64,000 nt of DNA from Octopus vulgaris (Eukaryota): the NCBI GenBank assembly GCA_951406725.2, contig OX597833.1, forward strand, positions 46,004,001 to 46,068,000. The letters are read 5' to 3'. The first letter of the stretch is position 1. Each line of letters opens with the position of its first letter. Below are positions 39,576 to 52,505 of the stretch, in pieces. Position numbers and translations under genes: made by a program. Under the pieces are notes generated by a model that was given only the letters and a program-made list of their open reading frames with translations, was not told the origin of the DNA and made no database searches.

Positions 39576-39974
39576 ATCTCCCTCTCTCTCCAATACTCTA
39601 AGAGCAACAAGCATGAGTTTCAGAGCAGTGGAGGTCTTTAGAGATATAAAATAATTTGGGGACAAGGTGAGCAGGGGTGATGCTTCTCAAACTTTTCCAT
39701 ATAACTTTGACAAGAATGATATACAAAAATCAACATGAAAATAATCACATTTGTATAATATGTATACTTTAGACATAAGTGTGGATTACATATAAAAAAG
39801 AGAAGGAAAAAGAAACACAAATGACAGGTGGAAACTGGCACTTTATACATGTAGTATAAACCGTTATTGGTTTTGTTGTTAACACTGGACAGCCCTGATC
39901 AAGCATACCTGTAATCAAAGGTGTTTCAGCAAAAGACATCCAATCTCTTTTTTTTTTTCTCTCTCTCTCTTCAG

Positions 39975-40173
39975 AGGTGTGAGCATGGCTGTGTGGTTAA
40001 GTGGTTAAGAAGCTTTGCTTTGCAATCGCATAGTAGTTTCAGGTTCAATCCCTCTGTCAGCACCTTGCACAAGTGTTTTCTACTTTAACCCCAGGCTAAC
40101 CAATGCATTGTGAGTAAATTTGAGAGACAGAAAACTGTGTGGAAGCCTGTCATGTATGCATGTATGTGTATAA

Positions 40174-40213
<40 letters not shown>

Positions 40214-40585
40214 AAGTTAATCCAAACATGAAAACACAAAAAGAAAACACAACAACGTGAGGACGTGGAACAAGTATAGTGTTATTGGTGAGCTCACTGC
40301 TGCTGGTGCCACATAAAAGTCGCCCAGTATACTCCATAAAGTGGATGTAAACAAACCAACACCAGCTGTCAAGCAGTGGTGGGGGACATAGGCATGCATA
40401 TACACACACACACACACACAACATCTTTTTACACAATTTCCATCTACCAAATACACTCATAAGGCATTAGTCAGCCCAAGGCTTAAATAGAAGACACTTG
40501 TCTAAGGTGCCATGCGATAGGACTGAACCCAAAATCACATGGTTGCAAAGCAAGCTTCTTAACTATAGAGCCATGTTTGCACCTA
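39975..40585. mobile_element. Converging pair of family A SINEs (+ 39975-40152; - 40342-40585)
   Basis: Family A head motifs on opposite strands. Confidence 0.7.
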
Positions 40586-41649
40586 TAATTTAAAATTTTT
40601 CCTTTTCCTCTTTTCTTTTTCATTTTCTTTTTTTTTTTCTTGCCTTATGTTTATACGGTCTCAGGTGGGAATCTTTACGACGCAAAAATGTAACAAATGT
40701 AATACTTTTATTTCTTTCCATGTTTATTATTAGTGTGAAATTTTTTGGGGCGGTTGTGTGTCGGGGGGGGGGGGGGGACACAAAAATGACGAGTATTTCC
40801 TTTTCCTTTCTTTCTTTCTTTTTTTTTTCAAAATAAAAATATTTCTTGTTGATTCTCTTAGTTGTTCATATTTGTCATGTTCCAACATAATAATTTGTTT
40901 AGGTTTTTTGTGTGTGTCTGTGATAATCTACAATGGTGACATTGATACCAATCTCTGTCTGTCTGTGTGTCTATCTGTGTGTGTGGAATGTGCGTATGAG
41001 AAACAAATATGTATCAGTCCCGATATAGTTTTGGTGGCATTCACTACTTGTATATTCACCTGTATAGTGGGGAGTGAGAGGCTATTCACCCTTACCAGGG
41101 ATGAAAACATTTATATTTACCCCCATACCCCCACCTCTGGTAAGGGCGTGGGGGTAAATATAAAGTTTACATGATGCGTATGGGGTGGGAGAAAAGGAAA
41201 GGTGAGAACATTCTGAGTTTGGGGTGGGTAGCAGGTGGCGTAGTCAAAATTTGGTGAATGACTAACAACAGCATTGTAATAATGGAACATTTAACAGTGG
41301 CATTTGAAAGCCCCAGGGTCCCTATATAGCTTTGATTCTAGCTATTTTCATCTCCCTATCCTTTGTGTGTTAGTATCAATATAATGAAAGAAGGGATGGA
41401 ATAGCAGAAATCTGTGTGTACCAGACTAAATGGTCAAATTCTCTTCAGCATTTCTACTAAGCTGTTTCTTCTTCCTTTCATTCCAAAGGAATCAGTAAAT
41501 TAAAAACTAAACACATACTTTGATTGAGCTAACCCTTTAGTATTCAGCAAGAAAACCCCACTCAACACACACAAGAAGACCTGCCTGCCCACCACAAAAG
41601 AATTGAGATCCTAAAAACAAGGTGTCACAAAAAAAAAAAAAGGATTAGT

Positions 41650-42100
41650 GTGGGTGCTGGTGTCATTGTAATAAGCTCTGGTGCTGGTGCCATATAAAAA
41701 GCACCCAGTACATTCTGGAGTGATTGACAGTAAGAAAGGCATCCGGATGTAGAAGCCAAACCAAAACAGACTATGGAAACTGGTGTGGCCCCTGGCTATG
41801 CCAGTTCTTTTCAAGCCACCCAACCCATGACTGTGACCATGCTGGAGCACCGCCTTTAGTCGAGCAAATCGACATTTCAAGGCGGCAAGCTGGCAGAAAC
41901 ATTAGCACACTGGGCGAAATGCTTGGCTGTATTTCATCTGTCTTTGTGTTCTGAGTTCAAATTCCTCCGAGGTCAACTTTGACTTTCATCCTTTCAGGGT
42001 CGATAAATTGAATACCAGTTGCATACTGGGGGTTGATCTAATCGACAGCCCCTCCCCTCCCCAAAAATTTTGGGCCTTGTGTCTAGAGTAGAAACGAATA
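41650..42100 (+). mobile_element. Stack: family E, antisense family A tail fragment, SINE family B (41879-42100)
   Basis: Each segment matches other copies in the window. Confidence 0.75.
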
Positions 42101-43147
42101 ACATTGCTTGGTAAATGTGAGAGGCCAGCCCAATACTGAACAGCATATAAATGGATAAAAAGGCAAAATTGACATTTGCAGTATTTGATCTCAGAACACA
42201 GAGTTTAGAACACATACTGCCAGGAATTCCGTTCAACATTAATGATTCTACCAATCCACCACCTTTTACATGCCGTATTCCAATATAAGAAACCAATATT
42301 GGATATAACTTCCTTTTTTTTTACACTTATGGCATGCGGTGAGGCGTCCCTCTGACCTGCTATTTTTGTAATAGTCAACTCTGAAATATGTGGTTCTTTC
42401 TATATTCTTTTGTTTGCAAACAATTGTAAAAATTTCAATTCAAACATGATATTAGAAGCAACATGACCTTGTCTCTTACATATGATTATTTTTTGTACGT
42501 GCTTGGGGAAAAATAAACTTCGAATTACATTGAAAGAACCACCAGGCTTTGAAGAACAGAGGCATTGAGAGCAGGCACAGCTGTGTGGTTAAGATGTCCT
42601 TTTCATTATCTTATTGTCCTAGGTTCAAAACCAATGTACAGCTCATTGGGCAAGTGTCTTCTAACATTATTCCCTTGTGCTCACCAATACTTTGTAAGTG
42701 GAATGTAGTTGACAGATTGTGTCGAAGCCCCTCACACATTATGCATTTATATATACATATATATATATATACCAACCACACTCAGTGCTTCCCAAGTTTG
42801 TTTATAAGATGTCTCATTTGAAAGCTATAATTTAGCATTAAATTTGATGGTAATTGTTGTCAGGGGCCATTTAGCTTAATGGTTAGAGCTCTTAGCCAGA
42901 ATCTGAGGGGTACAGATTCAACTCCTGTAGCCACCTACTGGCTACTTCTTTCTGTCTTATAAGGGTAAATACCCAATCTTTCTCTACTGTTCAGTAGAAT
43001 AAGTACTGGGCTTACAAAGAATAAGTCCTGGGGTCAATTTCTTCAACTAAAAAAAAACCGTAAAGGCAGTGCTCCAGGATGGCCATAGTCAAATGACTGT
43101 AACAAGCAAAAGAATAAAATAATACAAAATATAAAGAAAAAATCGTC

Positions 43148-43488
43148 ATGCTTCCAGGTTCAGACCCACTGCGTGGCACATTGGGCAAGTGTCTTCTACT
43201 ATAGCCTTGGGACAACCAAGCCTTGTGAGTGGATTTGATAGATGGAAACTGAAAGAAACCTGTCATGTATATATATATACATGTGTGTCTGTGTTTGTCC
43301 CTCCCAACATCGCTTGACAACTGATGCTGGTGTGTTTACGTCCCTGTAACTTAGCGGCTTGGCAAAAGAGACCGATAGAACAAGTACTAGGCTTACAAAG
43401 AATAAGTCCTGGGGTTGATTTGCTCGACTAAAGGCGGTGCTCCAGCATGGCCACAGTCAAATAACTGAAACAAGTAAAAGAGTAAAAA
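43148..43488 (+). mobile_element. SINE family A (preceded by an extra 3' fragment at 42995-43115)
   Basis: Standard motifs. Confidence 0.85.
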
Positions 43489-43938
43489 CTGTTTTCTCCA
43501 AAAGTTTGTATTTATTTCCATCTAAGAAGCTGGTGTATTCTGTAATTAAATTAATGCAGTATGGGAAGGGTTTACTGTAGAATTGGGTGGGACAAGTAGC
43601 ATTGGTTATGATTGATTTTAGTTTCCAGGTGAGGGTAGGGTCCCTTTTCTTTCTTACCTTTTGCTAAATAATGAATCATATTTAATGCTTCATGGCCCTT
43701 AATTACAGTTTCAGTTCTTTGTATTTCTCCACAACCCTGAAAAGAGATGAGAATATATAAAAGAATAGCACCCCTCCTTTTTAACCATCACCACCACCTC
43801 CACCCTCCTACCATTCATTTAGTTATTCTCTATCCACTTTTAAATTCATTCTTTTGAAATACATTTTTGAAATTGGAACTTAAATTTGTCTTTTTTTCTT
43901 CTATTTATATCTGCCTATTTCCCTCTTTCTCTCTCTCC

Positions 43939-43983
<45 letters not shown>

Positions 43984-44547
43984 TACAATCTTCACATTTC
44001 TTTATTTTTCTTGTCTCTTGATTTCTCAATTTTTTTCTTTTAAATTACTTTCAATTTTCCTTTTCCTTGCTTGAGGCAATGCAACTTTGATAAAATTACT
44101 TCTCTTAGTCTTAATAATCAATTTCTCACAACACCTTTATTATTATCATCATCATCATTATTATTATTATTATCATCATTATTATTATCATCATTATTCA
44201 CTCTAATAAATAGTAACCATTATGATTGATTCCAACATTCAAGAATACAAAAGGTGTTAACTTATTGATTTTTCAAGAAATAATTACTCTTCAGATTGTC
44301 TTTTATCTCTTGAATAATTCAGTGGGAATATAACAATTTCTGTGTAGCTCCTTTTAAATATCTACAAATTATAACGTTCTTGATGCTGCTGGCATTTTAG
44401 GCATTCCAAAATTAATGATATCTTCAAGAGGAAGATTTTCACATGGCTAAGAGTATTGACATCTCTATTGTGTGAGTTGTTTGGTGTCTCGCTTTACTGA
44501 TCTGGGTTGGGTTCAAATACTGAATTACCATGTAAAAGTTTCGTCCT

Positions 44548-44917
44548 TGACACCTCTGCCTTAGCGAAGGTGGAAGTATTGTTTTTAGTTGTGTTTGTTT
44601 GTTTGTCCATGGACAAGATATCTCAAGAACCACAGGATGGATTCGGAAACTTTAAGGGATGCTTGGCCTCATGACTGGCATGAACTGATTAGGTTTTGGG
44701 ATTGATCCGGTACTGGACAAGGGTTCTGGATTATCTTTCCTATTTTTTTTTTTTACTTAATTTTTGAGAGCAGTCAGGTCCATTTTTAGTATTCTCATTT
44801 ATGAGAGCAGTCAAGTTTATTTCAGATATTCTCATTTAAAAAATCATCTCTGGCTAATTGTTGAGAGGACATTGGTGTTGCCTTGGTGGAGGTTTGCACT
44901 CTCTGAGTGCTCTTGTT
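44548..44917 (+). mobile_element. Helentron-associated non-autonomous element, second copy
   Basis: ACCTCTGCCTT...GTTTGTTTGTCC...CCTTGGTGGAGGT followed by the GCACTC-TCT-GAGTGC stem-loop and CTTGTT; collinear with 16811-17163. Confidence 0.7.
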
Positions 44918-45512
44918 TTCAATTTAGAAACAAGGCCAACTATTTAGAGAAGAGTTAGTTGATGCCATCGATATCAATACTAGACAAGTACTTTAGTTTT
45001 TCATGCCCCCACCTACTGTGAGATGAAAGGCAAAGATGACCTTCACTCAGTTTGATTTCCAAATGTAAAGAGTCTAAATAAAGGCTGGAAAAATGCTTTG
45101 AGGTTTTCGTTTTGGGTCTTTACATTCCGGGTTCAAAGCTATTCAAAGCCAACTTTGCCTTTCATCCTTTTATGGTTAATAAAATAAAGTACCAGTCTAA
45201 TACCAGAGTTAATAGTATTGACTACTCTTGCTTACTCAGGTCTGACCAACAACTTACTGTTATGAAATGAGATTTCTGGCACTAATCCATTGAAATGGCT
45301 TTTAATGGTTAAATATCCATCTGACCCATGCCACCATGGGAGATGGACATTAAAATACGATGATGATGGGTAGAAGTTACATATTCATTTCTTTACTCAA
45401 CAGTTGGATTCCCTATTTAGGGTTTCTATTGGTCAGTTTTCACCATGCATCTTGCCTAGGCAAGACTTTTTTGAAGTTGACTAATTAGTTGTATATGCTT
45501 GTGGGTTTCCCC

Positions 45513-45739
45513 TTAACCCTTTTGTTACCAACCCGGCTGAAACCGGCTCTGGCCCTGTAGTACAAATGTCTTGTTTTCAAAAGTTCTGAATTAAAATCTT
45601 CCACCAAACCTTAGTCACAATTTATGTTCCTAACAAACTTAATGACAGCTAAGTTATTTTACTAAATTCTTTGTTATATTTAAAATGATTGAAAGAAGCA
45701 CAAAGCATCTCAAAATAAATACTGTAACAAAAGGGTTAA
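45513..45739. mobile_element. piggyBac-like MITE with perfect TIRs and TTAA target
   Basis: TTAACCCTTTTGTTAC ... GTAACAAAAGGGTTAA (16-bp perfect inverted repeat including TTAA). Confidence 0.85.
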
Positions 45740-47189
45740 GTTGTACATGCATGTGGGTCTTCCCTTTCCACTTCATTAATATATTTTGAAGTCACATGGC
45801 TTAGTGGTTTGGGTGTTTGGCTTATAGTTTGTAAGGTCAATACTCAGTGGTGCATTTTGTCCTTGGGCAAGACACTTTATTTTTCACTTTGCTCCAGTCC
45901 AATGAGCTGGCAAAAATGAGTAGTACCTGTATTTCAAAGGGCCAGCCTTGTTACATTCTGTGGAATACTCAGCCACTTGCATGTTAATTTCATGTGGAGG
46001 CTGTTCTGATGATCAGATCAACTGGAACAGTCCTCATTGTAACTGATGGAGTGCCAATTCCATTGGTATTTATCCAAGTGAAAGGCTGCTGTCTTGGACT
46101 GATGTCATTTGGCACCAATGCTATCACAACCATTTCTCTCAGAATGCAAAGTGCTGGAAACTGATACCACAGGGCATCTCACCCAGTCCTCCTCATTCTT
46201 CCCACCCTGCAATCCACCACTCTGCAGTGGTTACTTTCTTATTGAACCCCATACCCACTAGAATGAAAGGAAAAGTCGACGTTGTTGAAATTTGAAGTTG
46301 GCAGAGAGTTGGAACAAATGCTAAGCAGCATTTGGGGGTTCTTTATTTTTCTTCTTTTTTTTTTGCCTTATTTGGATTCTTCTCTATATTGTTTAGGTAA
46401 ACCGCCCCCCCCCCCACACACACACCCACCTTCTCTCTACATGGAACATTCTGTCTTTTTTTGCATTTCCCAACTTTTTTTTAAATGTTTTGCAATATAG
46501 CAAAAGAATTGAGAAAAATAAATAAAAACCAGGAAAACACTAACACCACCACCACCTCCGCGCTCCATATTTTTAATTAATTTTCTACCTTCTTGATAAT
46601 CTGGAAAAAAACCAGGAAACCAAGTATTTCTGGCTGACTATTGGTGTTTTTTTTTCTTTTTATATAATTCTATTACTTGTTTATTTATTTTAATGTTTTA
46701 AACAAAAGTAGAATGACTCAACATTGACTTGTTGCAGCAACGTTTTCAATAACACCATCGCCTCCACGACCACCACCATTAATAAGTTGTTACTAAGAGG
46801 ATATGTTCTGTTGTTTTGTTTATTTTTGTTTTTGAGGGGGAAGTTGGGGAGAGGTCTTGTCTTAGCGTCTGTTGTTTGTTTGTTTTCTATTTTTATTGTT
46901 GTAGTTCAAATAGGAAATCATTTATGTGTGGGGGTATGTGTTTAAAAAAATATGTGTGGGTTTATTTATGCATAGGTATGTATGTATATACAAATTTGTG
47001 TAGTTTAAGTAAGAAATTGTCTCAGTGTGTGTGGGTATGTGCTTCTATATGAAATTGTTTTTCTTTTCTTTCTGGGTACTTTTGTGTATGTAACTGTGTA
47101 TACATGTGTATGAGTATGTGTAAATGTGTTTGTGTAGTTTGAATAAGAAACTATATGGGGAAGGGATATTTGTAAGTATACATACATGA

Positions 47190-47241
<52 letters not shown>

Positions 47242-47509
47242 TTATTATTTAAGGAAATAAAATCCAAACTTACAAGGAAAAAGAATTCGATTTAGAAATA
47301 CTAAATCAAATTACACACAATATAATATATATATAAAATATTAGAAAAAAAAGCACCTTTTATCAATTCAAAATGAATAATTAAATTACACCATCTAGAA
47401 AATTACATATAATAGAAAAGTTAAAATTAAAATAACAATAAAATGTAAAGATTATGTAAATTACAAAAATAATAAAAATGTATATAATGTATATAATATA
47501 TATAATATA

Positions 47510-47652
47510 ATGAGGGGTGCTGAAAAGTTTTTGGCTTTAAGGGTATCGCGAAAGTCCTGGTTGCAGATCCAACCTTCCAAGTACTTTGACAGGGCTTAGA
47601 AAAACTGAAGGACTGCTGTAATAAGTATGTGAATCTGAGAGAGGAATATGTT
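47510..47652 (+). mobile_element. mariner deletion derivative
   Basis: TGAGGGGTGCTGAAAAGTT TIR-like start; 47590-47652 translates QGLEKLKDCCNKYVNLREEYV, like the mariner transposase C-terminus (GIxKLxxRWxKCxxxxGxYVE). Confidence 0.65.
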
Positions 47653-49069
47653 TTGTCTATGATTTCCTGTGAATGTTTAATGTCTGTCCATCTGTGTTTG
47701 TGTTTGAATGTCTTGGTTTCTGCAGTTTTTCCATTGTATATTGGTATTTCCGTGTTTTCGGATATCTGTTACATACTTATGACATTCCATTGGTATGTTT
47801 CATGGACAATTTTTGTTTGTATTTCATGGCATACACAGCAGAGGAAGGGCAGTTCCCATAACCTTTCTTTTAAAGCTTCCTCACTTCCCAAACCATATTA
47901 TTCCCAAGACTACTGTGAGGTGAGAGAAGAAACCATAACTTGTGGGTTAGCCTCAGGTCAGAGATTTTACTCAAACTTTTGCAAGTGCTACTCAGGGCAC
48001 TTAAGGGCCAGCTGGTGGTATTACACTAGTTGGTGATTAAAATGTCTATATAGGGCCTCTGCCAGGCTTGCTTGGTGCTTCAAGTTACCCTGCTTCATTC
48101 ACAAGACATATTTGAGCAAAGGTTTCTGTTACAAGAGGTTTGCCCAAAGTGCTATGCAGTGAGATTGAACCAAAAAACGTGTGATAGCAAAGCTTACTTT
48201 TTAATTACATGCTAGTAGGTGCAGGCCTTGGTTTGTGGTTAAGAAGCTTGCTTCCCAACCATATGGTTTTGGTTTCAGTCCTACTGCATGGCACCTTGGG
48301 CAAGAATGTTCTACTTTAGTCCTGGGCTGACCAAAACCGTGTTAGTAGATTCAATAAAGGGAAACTGAAAGAAGCCCATTGTGTGTGTGTGTGTGTGTGT
48401 GTTGGCAAATGTGACATTTCAGTTATACTTGTGTTATTTCATTCTGGAATAGTATGTGTTTGGTGGTAGTGATAGTGGGAGTAAAATCATAACTATTGCT
48501 GCATATTGCGCATAACTCCCATATTAAAGTTGTTCAACCTGCGTTTGACAGTTTCAGTGTGTTTATAGGTGCAAAGAGACGGTGGTGGTGGGTTTAAATT
48601 GCAACTGTTGACAATTCCACACGATTCAGTATTGATACTGTCTGTGTGTTCATGTGTATGATGGTGGTGGTGGTGGTGGTGGTAGTAGTGTTGGTGGGTT
48701 GGGTTGGGTTGATGGTTGAGTTCACATTAAATTCTATGCATTACTGAGCACGCTTTTGTATTGAAACTAATGTTTGGGTGGAAGGGAAAAGAGGTGATTA
48801 TAGTGTGGAGTATTTGTTATTGAATTGATATTTATGTTGAAATATGTGTGTGTCTGTGTGTCCAGGTACAATTTTGTACTTTCGTGTAACCATAAAAACT
48901 TTTACATATTTTCTGTTAAGGCTTGAATGTTTTAGCTTTAATAAACATGGCATTTTGTTTGGGATTTAAAAGAGTGTGTATGTATTTTTTTTTTTGTTGA
49001 TGTTGTTTTTAGTACTCTTTAACTATCATAGACCAGACTGTAGGCTTTACTGGAGTACAGCCTTTAGAC

Positions 49070-49342
49070 TCTATACTCTTTTACTTGTTTGTCAATTGAC
49101 TGCGGCCATACTAGAGCACCACCTTTAGTCGAGCAAATCGACCCCAGGACTTATTCTTTGTAAGCCTAGTATTATTCTATCAGTCTCTTTTGCTGAACTG
49201 CTAGGTTACCAGAATGTAAACACACCATCATCGGTTGTCAAGTGATGTTGCGGGACAAAGACACACAAACATATACACACACATACTCTACCAGTAAATA
49301 ATTGTGGTCTTCTTTAAAAACCATTATAGAAATTATTTACTC

Positions 49343-49375
<33 letters not shown>

Positions 49376-49857
49376 TATATACATGTATACGACGGGCTTC
49401 CTATAGTTTTCGCCTACCAAATCCACTCAGAAGGCTTTGGTCGTCCTGAGGCTATAGTAGAAGACACTTGCCCAGGGTGCCATGCAGTGGGACTGAACCC
49501 GGAACCATGTGGTTGGTAAGCAAGCTACTTACCACACAGCCACTCCTTATTCTCTATATTTTTCTTTGTGTTGGTTTCATATATACCTAAGGTTCCAATG
49601 TTTTTGTTGAGGCTAGTGGATTTGTGTGTGTGTGTGTGTGTGTGTGCATGCATATATGGTATCTTCTATCTTTTGTTTCAGTCATTAGGCTGTGGCCATG
49701 CTGGGGCACTGCCTTGAAGAATTTTTAGTCAAATGAATTGACCCCAGTACTTTTTCTCTTTTTGAACCTGGTACTTATTTTGTCTCTTTTACCAAACTGC
49801 TAAATTAGAGGGGCATAAACAAACCAACACCAGTTCTCAAGCAGTGATGGGAGACAA

Positions 49858-49891
<34 letters not shown>

Positions 49892-50040
49892 GTATATGAC
49901 TGGCTTCTTTCAGTTTCTGAAGGCTTTGGTCAGCTTGAGTTTGTAGTAGAAGACACTTGTCCTACCTGCCATGCAGTGGGACTGAACTTGGAATCATGAG
50001 GTTGAGAAGCAAACTTCTTACCACATGGCCACATCTGCAC
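49070..50040 (-). mobile_element. Two antisense family A SINEs (49070-49546 and 49665-50040)
   Basis: Reverse-complement matches; a sense head lies at 48217-48400. Confidence 0.82.
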
Positions 50041-50707
50041 CCATCCAATGTATGTACATGTATTTGCTGTCTGTCTGTGAAAACTTTGAAAATGACATAT
50101 TTTCAAAATGAAACTTTAAACTTCAGGTTTGTGCGTGTACTTGTATGCAATTAAGCTTATTTTTCCATTCTATATGAATAGCATTTAAACTGCAGCTTTT
50201 AGTAAATTACATTCTCTCATGTGTGTTGTATGGTGTGTGTGTGTGTATCTGTTGTACCATCGTCATCATCTACCATTGTCACTATTGTGAACACCCTGCC
50301 ATATTCTATGGTGCAAGTTTTGTATAGAAAACATCTTTTAATTCAATTTAAAATCATTTCATTTAGATAATTTTTATCTTTTTCCTTTTTCCCATTTAAG
50401 ATTGTGTGTGTTGCATTTCATTTTGGAATGTGTTTTTTTTGTTATATTTCTTTGTTGATGTTGACGCCAATATCGCTATTGGTGCAGCAATTCATTCCCC
50501 CACCCCCACCCCTCGCTTCCTTACGCATTTTTGTTTATACCTTCCTTGTAATTAGATTCAGAATATTTTTCAATTAATAATTCCGCATGTTCAAACTCTT
50601 ACATGCAAGCATACATAAAGTAACTCCAGCATTGATAGATGGGTTTTGTGCCCTGTGGTGGGACAAAATACATTTCATGTTTTATGAAGGAGTTCATGGA
50701 AATATAT

Positions 50708-50934
50708 ATTTCTTTATTGCCCACAAGGGGCTAAACATAGAGGGGACAAACAAGGACAGACAAAGGGATTAAGTCGATTATATCGACCCAGTGCGAAACT
50801 GGTACTTTATCGACCCCGAGAGGATGAAAGGCAAAGTCGACCCCGGTGGAATTTGAACTCAGAACGTAACGACAGACGAAATACCGCTAAGCATTTCGTC
50901 CGGCGTGCTAACGTTTCTGCCAGCTCGCCGCCAT
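50708..50934 (-). mobile_element. SINE family B, young, with 17-bp TSD
   Basis: AGTTCATGGAAATATAT at 50691-50707 and 50935-50951; CpGs intact. Confidence 0.9.
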
Positions 50935-51939
50935 AGTTCATGGAAATATATTCTAATTTTGGTCTGCAATTTGAAAGGCGGAGTTAGTTAATAAATCAGC
51001 CCCAGTACTCAGCCAGTACTTTATGTTATTGAACCTGAAAGGATCAAAGCATCTTGATCATTGTTCTAATGGTTCCACCTATCTTCTGCCTTGATGATAA
51101 TGATGAGTGTTACTAAATAATTCTCTGCCAAATTGTCAATCTAGTCCTTGATGTACTGTGCCTAAAAAAATTGTATGGTGTGGTCACAGCTGGAATGTCA
51201 TTGATATTAGATATATTTGTTAGAGAAAACCTGAATCTTTGTTATCAGTATATTGAAATTATAATTGTAACTGTATTTGGCTATAATTTTTAGCAAGTTG
51301 AACAACCATGTCGAAAGATCTCTTCATAATTACTCTGGTGTGTATGTATGTGTTTTTAATCAAATAGGTGGAATTTCTTTTTTACAGTGTTATGTTATTC
51401 TGGGGTGTTACGTCTGGGCAGCTAAGCATGTATATAGGACTATTAATAGCAACAAACAGTGGCCATAGACTGTGCATTCTCAATATAACTGATTTTGTTT
51501 TAATTCTTTTTTTATTCATTTAGTTAGTTTCATATGTATCGAGTTTCCCTGAAGGTATGGCATGTCTATTGTGGATGAGAGATAGCATGTGATCTGTAAT
51601 GTAAAATGAGAGGAAAGATTTGGTGCCCAGACAGGGGTGGTTTAGCTTATGTACTGTATGTAAACTAGTGTGGTGGGTTTCCGTTTTTTTTGTTCAGGCA
51701 TAAAAGAAAATATTTTCTGCATGATTAGTGTGTTTACAGCTGCACCCAGCTTGTTGTGGTAGCTGCCATGGATGACTGAACATGGAGATACACAGTGAGA
51801 GAGAGAGAGAGACAGGGCTACAGTGTGGCCTGAAAGAGCCCAGAGGTTTCCTGATAGCATCTTTGCTGCTTGGCACCAAGGTGCTCAAAATTATTATAAT
51901 CCCCATTCGGCAGGCTGATCAATGGAGGGCCCCACAATA

Positions 51940-52100
51940 CATCATCATCATCATCATCATCATCATTTAGCGTCCGTTTTCCATGCTAGCATGGGTTGGA
52001 CGGTTCTGCTGGGGTCTGTGAAGCCAGAAGGCTTCATCAGGCCCAGTCAAATCTGGCAGTGTTTCTACGGCTGGATGCCCTTCCTAACGCCAACCACTCC
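51940..52100 (-). mobile_element. Family E element, antisense
   Basis: (CAT)n tail, then the reverse complement of 12520-12640. Confidence 0.8.
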
Positions 52101-52116
52101 GTGATACAAGCTTATG

Positions 52117-52149
<33 letters not shown>

Positions 52150-52199
52150 ATGTAATGATTCTGCTTAGCCATAATGGTACCAATAACCAGTTGTTTGAA

Positions 52200-52505
52200 C
52201 TCGGTCTGCCGTTACGTTCTGAGTTCAAATTCCGCCAAGGTCTACTTTGCCTTTCATCCTTTCGGGGTCGATTAAATAAGTACCAGTTACCCACTGGGGT
52301 CGATATAATCGACTTAATCTGTTTGTCTGCCCTTTACGTTCTGAGTTCAAATTCCGCCAAGGTCGACTTTGCCTTTCATCCTTTCGGGGGTCGATTAAAT
52401 AAATACCAGTTACCCACTGGGGTCGATATAATCGACTTAATCCGTTTGTCTGCCCTTGTTTGTCCTCTCTGTGTTTAGCCCCTTGTGGGTAGTAAAGAAA
52501 TAGGT
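52200..52505 (+). mobile_element. SINE family B with tandemly duplicated ~122 bp core
   Basis: TTACGTTCTGAGTTCAAATTCCGCCAAGG...GTTTGTCTGCCCTT occurs twice head-to-tail. Confidence 0.85.

Noticed and set aside
42863-42935. tRNA-like sequence with A and B boxes
   Set aside because: Acceptor and anticodon stems do not pair convincingly; best explained as a decayed SINE head. The same applies to the heads at 1639, 8668, 15647 and 54276.
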